Source of the DNA: an uncultured Verrucomicrobiota bacterium
GTDB lineage: Bacteria > Verrucomicrobiota > Verrucomicrobiia > Palsa-1439
Direction: 5' to 3'
Length of the DNA stretch: 28,603 nucleotides
Assembly (NCBI GenBank): GCA_903825695.1
Contig: CAIKBP010000137.1
Coordinates: 1-28,603 of the forward strand
Part shown: positions 6,770-14,286 of the stretch, in pieces
Layout of the letters: each line of letters opens with the position of its first letter
Position numbering within the stretch: position 1 is the stretch's first letter
Translations under genes and position numbers: made by a program
The notes under the pieces: generated by a model
The model's database searches: none
Told to the model about the DNA's origin: nothing
Seen by the model: only the letters and a program-made list of their open reading frames with translations

Positions 6770-9700
6770 TCAATTGGTGACGGCCGACACAGGGCCGGAG
6801 TTCGCGGTTCCACCATCTAGCACATCGCGGATACATCGGGCCAAAGCTGATGGCGTGAACGGTTTGGGGAGAAAAGCGAGGTTCGCCGGCACCGTCCCGC
6901 GCTGTGCAATGGTTTCGTCGGGATAACCGGAAATGAACAATACTTTTGTTTCCGGATGACACTTGACCACTGCTTCGGCCAGATGCGGGCCACCCATCCG
7001 TGGCATCACCACATCGGTCACAAGCAAATGTAGCTGCTGCCGATCCAATCCCGCGATCAACTGCAAGGCTTCCTCGCCATTTGCTGCCTCAAGCACTTGG
7101 TAGCCTAGCTCATGCAATACCAGCACGGCCAACGCCCGCACCTCCGGCTCGTCCTCGACGATAAGAATCGTCTCAGTGCCTCGCGGGATTTCGGCTCGCT
7201 CAATGCCTCGTGGGGCCCGCTCCACCTTACCCATGACACGCGGTAGGTAGATCCTGAAGGCCGTGCCCTGTCCCGGCTCGCTGTAAACGTTTATGTGTCC
7301 GCCGCATTGCTTGACGATCCCATAGCACATGGCCAACCCCAACCCGGTGCCTACGCCAACGCCTTTTGTGGTAAAGAATGGCTCGAACAAATGCCCCTTG
7401 ACCTCGGCCGTCATACCCATCCCCGTGTCGCTAATGGCCAACATCACGTAATCACCCGGCGTCACATCCGGGTAAGACTGGGCGTATGTTTCATCGAAAT
7501 GGATGTTGGCAGTCTGCAGGGTTAATGTCCCGCCTTCCGACATGGCATCGCGGGCGTTAACTACCAAGTTCATAATGACTTGCTGCATCTGACCGGTATC
7601 GGCCCGCACACAACCGAGGTCGCGGCTGCAGTGGGTAACCATGTGGATGTTCTCACCGACAAGACGGCGGAGCATCTTGTCCAAGTCCGCCACCAAATCG
7701 TTGAGGTTTAGCACGCGCAATTGCACGGGCTGACGGCGGCTGAACGCAAGCAATTGTTGGGTCAGCGACGCTGCGCGTTCCGCGGACTTGCGGATTTCCT
7801 CGGCATGGCGGTGGAGTGGGTCAGTGGTAGCAGATCTTTGCAGCAGCAACTCACTATAGCCGAGCACAGCGGTGAGGATATTATTGAAATCGTGCGCCAC
7901 ACCGCCGGCTAACCGGCCCACGGCTTCCATCTTCTGTGCCTGCACGAGTTGTTCCTGCAACCGGTGCTGCTGGGTAACATCCTGCATAATGCCGATGAAG
8001 TGCGTGAGCGTACCGTGCTCGTCTCGCACCGGGGTCACGGTTAGGTCAGCGGGGAATTCGGTGCTATTCTTGCGACGGTTGGTCAATTCGCCGTGCCACA
8101 CTTCACCTTGTTTAATGGTCTCCTTAATGCTCGTGAGCTGTTCCTTTGTAGCCGTCTCGCAGGCAAGAAAGTCCAGCCGACGCCCGATCGCTTCCTCAAT
8201 GGTGTACCCGGTCGCCACGGTGAATGCCGCATTGACCCAAATGACCTGCATTTGCGCATCCGTCATGATGATGGCGTTGGCCGCAGCTTGCAGCGCCGAC
8301 AGTTGCACCCGCAGTTGTTCTTCGGCGCGTCGGCGATCGGTAACGTCGCGGGAAACGCCAAACGTGCCGATGATATTGCCCACCTGATCACGCAACGGTT
8401 CTCTGGTCGTTGACACCCAAGTCACGTGGCCGTCAGGCCAGGTTTCCTTTTCCTCTTTGCCAACGATTGGCTGACCTGTGCGAATAACTTCCTGTTCGTC
8501 GTCGAACGCCTGCTGTGCGTGTTCTTGGGAGAAGAAATCGAAGTCTGTCTTGCCGATGATGTCCGCCGGGCCCTTCAAGCCGTGCTTCGCTGCCACGGCA
8601 TTGTTGACGCGGAGGAAGCGGCTCTGCCGGTCCTTGAAATAGATGGCATCGGGGATGTTGTCCATCAACGCGTCCAGCTGGGAACGCTGCTGGGCAGAGA
8701 CCATCTCTGCCTCCTTGCGTTGGGTGATATCACGACTGATCCCCACAATACCAAGGATGTTGCCGCTTGCGTCATGCAGTGGCACCTTGCTCGTCAATGA
8801 CCACCGGTGCGTGCCATCGGATTGTGTAGTGGCCTCTTCGGTGTTAAGAACCGGCTGGCCGGACTGTATCACCTGTCGGTCAACTGCATCACGGCGTTTA
8901 GCAGGCTCCGGCGGAAAAAAATCAGCTATGGTTTTTCCGACCATGTCCTCCGGCGTCGATGCACCGAGAAATTCGGCCTGAGCGATATTGCCCACGAGAT
9001 AACAGCAATGTCGGTCCTTGACATAGATGCAGTCGGGCAAATTGTTAATCAGACTGCGCAGGAGGTTGCGCTCCGTGGCCCGCGTTTCCTCCACCGTCTT
9101 GCGATTGGTGACATCCTCCGCCGTGCCTTCGTAACACTGGATGTCGCCATGCACATCCCGAACGGGCCAAGCACTTTCACGGGTGAACAATACCGTGCCA
9201 TCTTTGCGTTTCCATGCCGACTCCAATTCCACCACCCGTCCATCTCGTTCCATCCGGTTCAGAAACTCGGTGCGGCTGAACCCTTCTGGAGACATCGAGT
9301 CCCAGCCCACACCCACTTTCGCCAACTCCTCAAAGCTGGAATATCCAAGCATCTTAAAAAGCGCTGGATTGGCCATGAGAATCCGGCCGTCGGGCACAAC
9401 CCGGTAGACGCCGATCATCGCGTTCTCGAAAATTCCCCGGAACCGCGCCTCGCTCTCACGCAGGGCTGTCTCCGCGTGCTGCCGCTGAATCAGCAGGATC
9501 GTTATGATCGCCAGCGTGGCGACACCCACAGCACGTGCAACCATAGGGAACTCTCGCGGAAGCCCGGGCTGGGGCGGAGAGAAAATGAACCCAAGAACCA
9601 CCAGCACCGAAATAAAAATGGTGCAGGTCACAATAACTAGGGGGCGTGTGTGCCGCGACAGAAAAACCAGCGGGATTAGATAGAGCACCCATTCCCCGGC

Positions 9701-9787
9701 GCCCGCCGGTATTAGCAAGTCTACCCAGAAAATTGCCACCGCGCTTAGAATCGCCCCAGCCACGGCCTTGTTCAGTCGCAAATTCAT
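6770..9787 (-). CDS. Membrane-anchored hybrid sensor histidine kinase (about 4 TM, 4 PAS, HisKA, HATPase, REC; CckA-like)
   Basis: Four PAS/PAC repeats, H-box GGVAHDFNNIL, N-box NLVVNARDAM, DTGMGM and FFTTKGVGVGTGLGL. The receiver has ILIVEDE, TDVVMP, SGY and KPF intact. Confidence 0.92.
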   Translation of the reverse strand: MNLRLNKAVAGAILSAVAIFWVDLLIPAGAGEWVLYLIPLVFLSRHTRPLVIVTCTIFISVLVVLGFIFSPPQPGLPREFPMVARAVGVATLAIITILLIQRQHAETALRESEARFRGIFENAMIGVYRVVPDGRILMANPALFKMLGYSSFEELAKVGVGWDSMSPEGFSRTEFLNRMERDGRVVELESAWKRKDGTVLFTRESAWPVRDVHGDIQCYEGTAEDVTNRKTVEETRATERNLLRSLINNLPDCIYVKDRHCCYLVGNIAQAEFLGASTPEDMVGKTIADFFPPEPAKRRDAVDRQVIQSGQPVLNTEEATTQSDGTHRWSLTSKVPLHDASGNILGIVGISRDITQRKEAEMVSAQQRSQLDALMDNIPDAIYFKDRQSRFLRVNNAVAAKHGLKGPADIIGKTDFDFFSQEHAQQAFDDEQEVIRTGQPIVGKEEKETWPDGHVTWVSTTREPLRDQVGNIIGTFGVSRDVTDRRRAEEQLRVQLSALQAAANAIIMTDAQMQVIWVNAAFTVATGYTIEEAIGRRLDFLACETATKEQLTSIKETIKQGEVWHGELTNRRKNSTEFPADLTVTPVRDEHGTLTHFIGIMQDVTQQHRLQEQLVQAQKMEAVGRLAGGVAHDFNNILTAVLGYSELLLQRSATTDPLHRHAEEIRKSAERAASLTQQLLAFSRRQPVQLRVLNLNDLVADLDKMLRRLVGENIHMVTHCSRDLGCVRADTGQMQQVIMNLVVNARDAMSEGGTLTLQTANIHFDETYAQSYPDVTPGDYVMLAISDTGMGMTAEVKGHLFEPFFTTKGVGVGTGLGLAMCYGIVKQCGGHINVYSEPGQGTAFRIYLPRVMGKVERAPRGIERAEIPRGTETILIVEDEPEVRALAVLVLHELGYQVLEAANGEEALQLIAGLDRQQLHLLVTDVVMPRMGGPHLAEAVVKCHPETKVLFISGYPDETIAQRGTVPANLAFLPKPFTPSALARCIRDVLDGGTANSGPVSAVTN

Positions 9788-10020
9788 GGCGTTTTGCTCA
9801 TCAAGACAAGGGTGGCTGTAAGGAGGGGGTGTCCCTTTGGTCTGTGGATGCCTCCAATCGATGCCCTAGATGATGGCTTGTGCATTATCGATTACCCTCG
9901 TCTTCTCGCGACCCGGAACTGCGTCACGCCCCGCAAGCTTTCCCAGCAGGTTGAAAACCACTGCCGCACACTTTCGAGAGCCACTTGATATTCATAGCCT
10001 ATTCGTGCGCCTACTGTAAA

Positions 10021-10245
10021 TCAAAGACTTATCCCACTGACTGCCTCCGAGGCTCCTATGGAAGAAGCACCACTCGAATCCACGACAAAGACGCCGGTTT
10101 TAGTCAACGCGTGCGCGGCGCAATCGTGGGAAACAAGGAATGTAAGTTCGTCAAATGCTTTTTCAGGACCGGTATCTAGAATCTGATACCGCTGCAACGC
10201 CGCCAACCTGCCAGCCTCGCCAGCCATTCCCGTTCCATCAGTCAT
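10021..10245 (-). pseudogene. Truncated, internally deleted GAF-domain remnant (74 aa)
   Basis: SD GAGGAG 5 nt before ATG 10245. EAGRLAALQRYQILDTGPEKAFDELT is the classic N-terminus of GAF sensor domains, and AHALTKTGVFVV resembles the downstream CAHAI..VFVV motif. The middle and C-terminus of the domain are missing. Confidence 0.65.
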
Positions 10246-10377
10246 CGCGCTCCTCGAAAAAAAGGCAGTCACACTCCTCCGCTCTCCTGTTCCAAGATCA
10301 GGGCTAAAGTTAAAAATACCGCCATCCCTTGTCCGCCACGGCGGCAGACGCAAAAACCCACCTTGATTAAGTTTATA

Positions 10378-10394
10378 CGCAAGGCGTGTGCCAA
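10378..10394 (-). promoter_or_regulatory. Sigma54 (-24/-12) promoter
   Basis: The minus strand reads TTGGCAC-ACGCC-TTGCG, matching the TGGCAC-N5-TTGC consensus with exact spacing, inside an A/T-richer intergenic region. Confidence 0.7.
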
Positions 10395-10559
10395 GTTGCC
10401 GGAGACTGGCAAAATCCGCGAAATATGGAGATAAATCGCGTTTACCGTTCAAAAACGCGTGAGACAACGAGAACATTTTCATCCGCCGCCAAAGCTCTTG
10501 CAAAAACGAGTGATGCGGCCAAACCCCGCCAAGCGTGCAGGTTGGCTGTGGCGGTTGCC

Positions 10560-10589
10560 TTGACTTGGTGAAAAGCTTCGTGTCATAGT
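10560..10589 (+). promoter_or_regulatory. Putative sigma70 promoter for glyQS
   Basis: TTGACT, 18-bp spacer, CATAGT. Confidence 0.5.
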
Positions 10590-10600
10590 TCATGTCTGCC

Positions 10601-12031
10601 ATGGCGGAAACAAAACAATCGGGGTTGATGGAGAAGATCGTTGCGCTGTGCAAGCGGCGCGGATTCATTTTTCAATCGTCGGAGATTTACGGCGGCATCA
10701 ACGGCTTCTGGGACTACGGTCCCGCCGGCGCGGAACTCAAACGGAACATCAAGGACGCCTGGTGGAACGACGTTGTCCGCAGCCGCACCGACGTTGTAGG
10801 CATTGACGGCACAATCATCACCCACCCCCGCGTTTGGGAGGCAAGCGGCCACACCACGGCGTTCACCGACCCGATGGTGGACTGCCGCGCCTGCAAGAAA
10901 AGGTACCGCGCCGACCAACTGTCCGGGGAGACCGGCAAAGCGCTTGTTGTCGAAATGGGCAGCGCGGCGGAAAAAACCGTCAAACTGCCCAAGGGTATTG
11001 CTTGTCCTGCCTGCGGGTCCAAGGATTTGACCGAGCCGCGCCCGTTCAATCTCATGTTCAAGACCTACATCGGGCCGGTCGAGGAAGAATCCAGTGTCAG
11101 TTATCTGCGGCCCGAGACGGCGCAGATTATTTTTGCTCAGTTCCAGAATGTCCTCAGCGTATCGCGTCAGAAATTGCCGTTTGGCATCGCGCAGATCGGC
11201 AAGGCGTTTCGAAACGAAATCAATCCTCGCAATTTTACGTTCCGGTCGCGCGAGTTCGAGCAGATGGAGTTGGAGTTCTTTGTCAAGCCCGGCACCGATG
11301 CCAAATGGCATGAGTATTGGGTTAAGGAGCGGCTCAAATGGTATGAAAGCATCGGCCTTCCGAAAGACAAGCTGAGCGTTTACAATTATAAGAAGGATGA
11401 ACTCGCCCACTACGCCAGCGCGTGCGTGGACGTGATGTTCGAGTTCCCGTTTGGCGTGCAGGAATTGGAAGGCATCGCCAGCCGCGGCGACTTCGATCTC
11501 AGCCAGCACCAGAAGTTTTCGGGCAAATCCATGGAGTACTTCGACGATGAAGCAAAAGAGAGGTATATCCCGCATGTCGTCGAACCATCCGCCGGCGTGG
11601 ACCGAATCGCGCTCGCGCTTCTCTGCGCCGCATACGATGAAGAAACGGTCACCGGCGAGAATGGCAAGACCGAGACACGCGTGGTGATGCGGTTCGCACC
11701 GCGCGTCGCCCCGGTGAAGGTCGCTGTGTTTCCGTTGCTCCGCAACAAACCACCGCTCGTCGAAAAGGCGAGAGAGATCTTCAAACTACTACAGCCGCAG
11801 TTCACCACCGAATGGGACGACCGCGGCAACATCGGCAAACGCTACCGCTACCAGGACGAACAAGGCACACCGTGGTGCGTGACGATCGACTTCGAAACGC
11901 TCGGCGAAAAGGGCTCGGAATTGAAAGACACAGTCACGCTCCGCGACCGCGACACGATGAAACAGGATCGCGTGAAGATCGATGAATTGGTGCCGCTAAT
12001 CTCCGCGAAGCTGCGCAACTCACCGCGGTGA
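10601..12031 (+). CDS. glyQS: Glycine--tRNA ligase, alpha2 (homodimeric) type
   Basis: LCKRRGFIFQSSEIYGG, LRPETAQ, AQIGKAFRNEINPRNFTFRSREFEQMELE, ELEGIASRGDFDL, EPSAGVDR and the anticodon domain IGKRYRYQDEQGTP. Alternative start at ATG 10592. Confidence 0.97.
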   Translation: MAETKQSGLMEKIVALCKRRGFIFQSSEIYGGINGFWDYGPAGAELKRNIKDAWWNDVVRSRTDVVGIDGTIITHPRVWEASGHTTAFTDPMVDCRACKKRYRADQLSGETGKALVVEMGSAAEKTVKLPKGIACPACGSKDLTEPRPFNLMFKTYIGPVEEESSVSYLRPETAQIIFAQFQNVLSVSRQKLPFGIAQIGKAFRNEINPRNFTFRSREFEQMELEFFVKPGTDAKWHEYWVKERLKWYESIGLPKDKLSVYNYKKDELAHYASACVDVMFEFPFGVQELEGIASRGDFDLSQHQKFSGKSMEYFDDEAKERYIPHVVEPSAGVDRIALALLCAAYDEETVTGENGKTETRVVMRFAPRVAPVKVAVFPLLRNKPPLVEKAREIFKLLQPQFTTEWDDRGNIGKRYRYQDEQGTPWCVTIDFETLGEKGSELKDTVTLRDRDTMKQDRVKIDELVPLISAKLRNSPR

Positions 12032-12046
12032 ACACCCGGATTTACC

Positions 12047-12075
12047 TTGCGCGCAAGCGGTAGTTTGGCTATTGT
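12047..12075 (+). promoter_or_regulatory. Putative sigma70 promoter for rpmB
   Basis: TTGCGC, 17-bp spacer, TATTGT; GGAG SD downstream. Confidence 0.6.
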
Positions 12076-12108
12076 TCGCAACTCGCAAGTCTAACGGAGC
12101 AAATCAAT

Positions 12109-12375
12109 ATGTCTCGACGCTGTGAAATTTGTGGCAAGGGTCCTGTCCGTGGAAACATCATCCACCGACGCGGTCAGGCAAAGAAGAAGGGCGGCATCGG
12201 CCAGCACGTGACCGCCATTACGCCCCGTGCATTCTATGCGAATCTGCAGACCGTGCATGCCGTTATCAACCCAAAGACGGGGCGCATGGGTAGGATGAAG
12301 GTCTGCACCGTTTGTATCAAGAGCGGCCGCGTCGTCAAGGCCCCCAATCGTCGAACGTCTAGTGTCCAGCATTAA
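12109..12375 (+). CDS. rpmB: 50S ribosomal protein L28 (CxxC...CxxC zinc-binding form)
   Basis: MSRRCEICGKGPVRGNIIHRRGQAKKKGGIG...RAFYANLQ...MKVCTVCIKSGRV. Confidence 0.95.
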   Translation: MSRRCEICGKGPVRGNIIHRRGQAKKKGGIGQHVTAITPRAFYANLQTVHAVINPKTGRMGRMKVCTVCIKSGRVVKAPNRRTSSVQH

Positions 12376-12400
12376 AGCGTTCTGATTGCCTACAACGCAC

Positions 12401-12454
12401 GCGTTCCCACGTGGCCCCGTTGTCAGGGGCACGTGGCTCACGGGGTACGCTTTT
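12401..12454 (+). terminator. Probable intrinsic terminator between convergent rpmB and recJ
   Basis: Inner stem CCACGT-G-GCCCC / GGGGC-ACGTGG, outer GCGTTCCC / GGGGTACGC, followed by TTTT. Confidence 0.6.
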
Positions 12455-12470
12455 CGCCCTAAGCTCCACG

Positions 12471-14219
12471 TTACCCTACTGCCGCACGGACGTCTCTCAC
12501 CTTCAACTGCACCGTTTCCACGCCACGGTAGTTGTTCAATTCGGGCGCGAACGCCACGTCGAATTCGCCAGTCGGCAGCTCGCATGCGCCTGCTCCCCAC
12601 CATATTGCTCCAAGTGTTGCATCTCCATCTGTCACAACGAACTTAAGATGCCCCTTCCCCACCACATGCGGCGCGCGGCGCAATCGGACGCCACGCACCA
12701 TGAACAACGGCGTCGGATTGTCCGCCCCCCACGGCTTGAGCTTCTTCAATTGGTCGAAGAACTCGCCGTTCATCTCGGCCAGCCGTACTTCGGCGTCAAT
12801 TATCAGGCTGGGCGTTAAGTCTTTGCCACCCAATGTTCGGCCAGCGATTTCATTTAAGGCCTTCCGCAAGGCCGGAATGTTCTCCACCTTTACACTCAAT
12901 CCCGCTGCCATCTCGTGTCCACCAAACCGTTCAAGGAGCGGTGCGCACTCGCTGAGCGCGCCGACCATTGAGAACCCTGTAATACTGCGGCATGAACCTT
13001 TGCCCACACCATCGGTGATACCTATGATGACCGTTGGCCGGTAAAACTCCTGCATCACCCGTGACGCGACAATCCCGATTATACCGATATGCCAACCTTC
13101 CTTTGCCAGCACCAGTACCCGTTCGTGTTCCAGGTCTGCTTCGGCCCGGGCCATTTCCAGTCCTTCCCTGAGCATTTGCTCTTCGATTCGCTGGCGCTCT
13201 GCGTTGTGGTCGTTTAGGAACTTTGCCAACTCAGAGGCGCGTGCGCGGTCTTCCGTGAGCAACAACTCCAATGCAGCCATCGCGTCACCAATGCGCCCTG
13301 CGGCGTTTAAGCGCGGGCCGATGCGAAACCCAATGTGATATGGCGTCACCTCGTCTGGCACGTCGGCGATGTCCATGAGTGCGCGCAGGCCGACCTTGTT
13401 CGATATCGCCAATCGTTCCAAGCCCGCCCGCGTCAGTATGCGGTTTTCACCAGTCAACGGCACCACATCAGCCACCGTGCCAAGCGCAACCAGATCGAGG
13501 TGTTCGCGCAAATCCAAATTATTGGCCCACGCCAACTCCCGTTCACGCCCGCGCTTTTGGAGCGCGTGGGCAAGTTTGAATGACACCCCAACGCTAGCAA
13601 GACAAGAGGCGTGGATGTCTTGCCCGTGTTTCTCTCCGCTCTCCGGTGGGTAAGACGCGCCCCCTGCTATCTTCGGATTCACTAGGGCCACACAATCCGG
13701 CAATTTCTCCAGCGGTTCGTGATGGTCGAGGACAATTACCTCCACGCCATGCTTCCGCAATTCTGCAATCTCATCAACGGAACTTGTGCCGCAGTCGACG
13801 GCAATCAACAGATTGGGATTGTACTCCCGCAAACACCGCGCGATGCCGTCGGCACTGAGGCCATAGCCTTCATCCATCCGATGCGGCAGGAAGTTCTCCA
13901 CAGTCGCGCCTGCCGCGCGGAGCACGCGCCATAACAGCGCAGCCGAGGTCACACCATCCACATCGTAATCGCCATAGATCACAATGCGTTCATTTCTTTT
14001 GATCGCCGCGAGTATACGGTCGACCGCAGCCGCCATGTCTATCAGTTCGAACGGATCGGAAAGCTGGCGAAGTTGCGGATTGAGGAAGCACTGCGCTGAT
14101 TCCACATCGCCGAACCCGCGGTTGATCAACACTTGCGCGAGCGGAACCGGCAAGACAAGTGTTGCCGCAAGCGGCACGGCAGACGGGGCGGCCGGCGCAA
14201 TGATCCAACGCTTGGTCAT
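12471..14219 (-). CDS. recJ: Single-stranded DNA exonuclease RecJ
   Basis: DHH motifs YGDYDVDG, VDCG, DHH, LGTVADVVPL, GPRLNAAGR, and DHHA1 motifs GSCRS and GGHEMAAG. Confidence 0.95.
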   Translation of the reverse strand: MTKRWIIAPAAPSAVPLAATLVLPVPLAQVLINRGFGDVESAQCFLNPQLRQLSDPFELIDMAAAVDRILAAIKRNERIVIYGDYDVDGVTSAALLWRVLRAAGATVENFLPHRMDEGYGLSADGIARCLREYNPNLLIAVDCGTSSVDEIAELRKHGVEVIVLDHHEPLEKLPDCVALVNPKIAGGASYPPESGEKHGQDIHASCLASVGVSFKLAHALQKRGRERELAWANNLDLREHLDLVALGTVADVVPLTGENRILTRAGLERLAISNKVGLRALMDIADVPDEVTPYHIGFRIGPRLNAAGRIGDAMAALELLLTEDRARASELAKFLNDHNAERQRIEEQMLREGLEMARAEADLEHERVLVLAKEGWHIGIIGIVASRVMQEFYRPTVIIGITDGVGKGSCRSITGFSMVGALSECAPLLERFGGHEMAAGLSVKVENIPALRKALNEIAGRTLGGKDLTPSLIIDAEVRLAEMNGEFFDQLKKLKPWGADNPTPLFMVRGVRLRRAPHVVGKGHLKFVVTDGDATLGAIWWGAGACELPTGEFDVAFAPELNNYRGVETVQLKVRDVRAAVG

Positions 14220-14286
14220 AGTGGAACGCGCATCTCGCCCTCCATCTCCATTTCTTGAACGGGGACGGGGTACCCGTTATACCCCA

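Noticed and set aside
10246-10668. N-terminal 141 codons of the 215-aa ORF 10021..10668
   Set aside because: It overlaps glyQS antisense, the sigma54 site and the leader. Only the part from ATG 10245 has an SD and protein-like (GAF) motifs.
10583-11575. 330-aa antisense ORF over glyQS
   Set aside because: It lies entirely opposite a highly conserved gene and has no recognisable motifs; long shadow ORFs are expected from codon bias at this GC content.
14250-14286. GC-rich hairpin between secDF and recJ
   Set aside because: No U-tract on the coding strand and an imperfect stem, so I cannot support it as a terminator.
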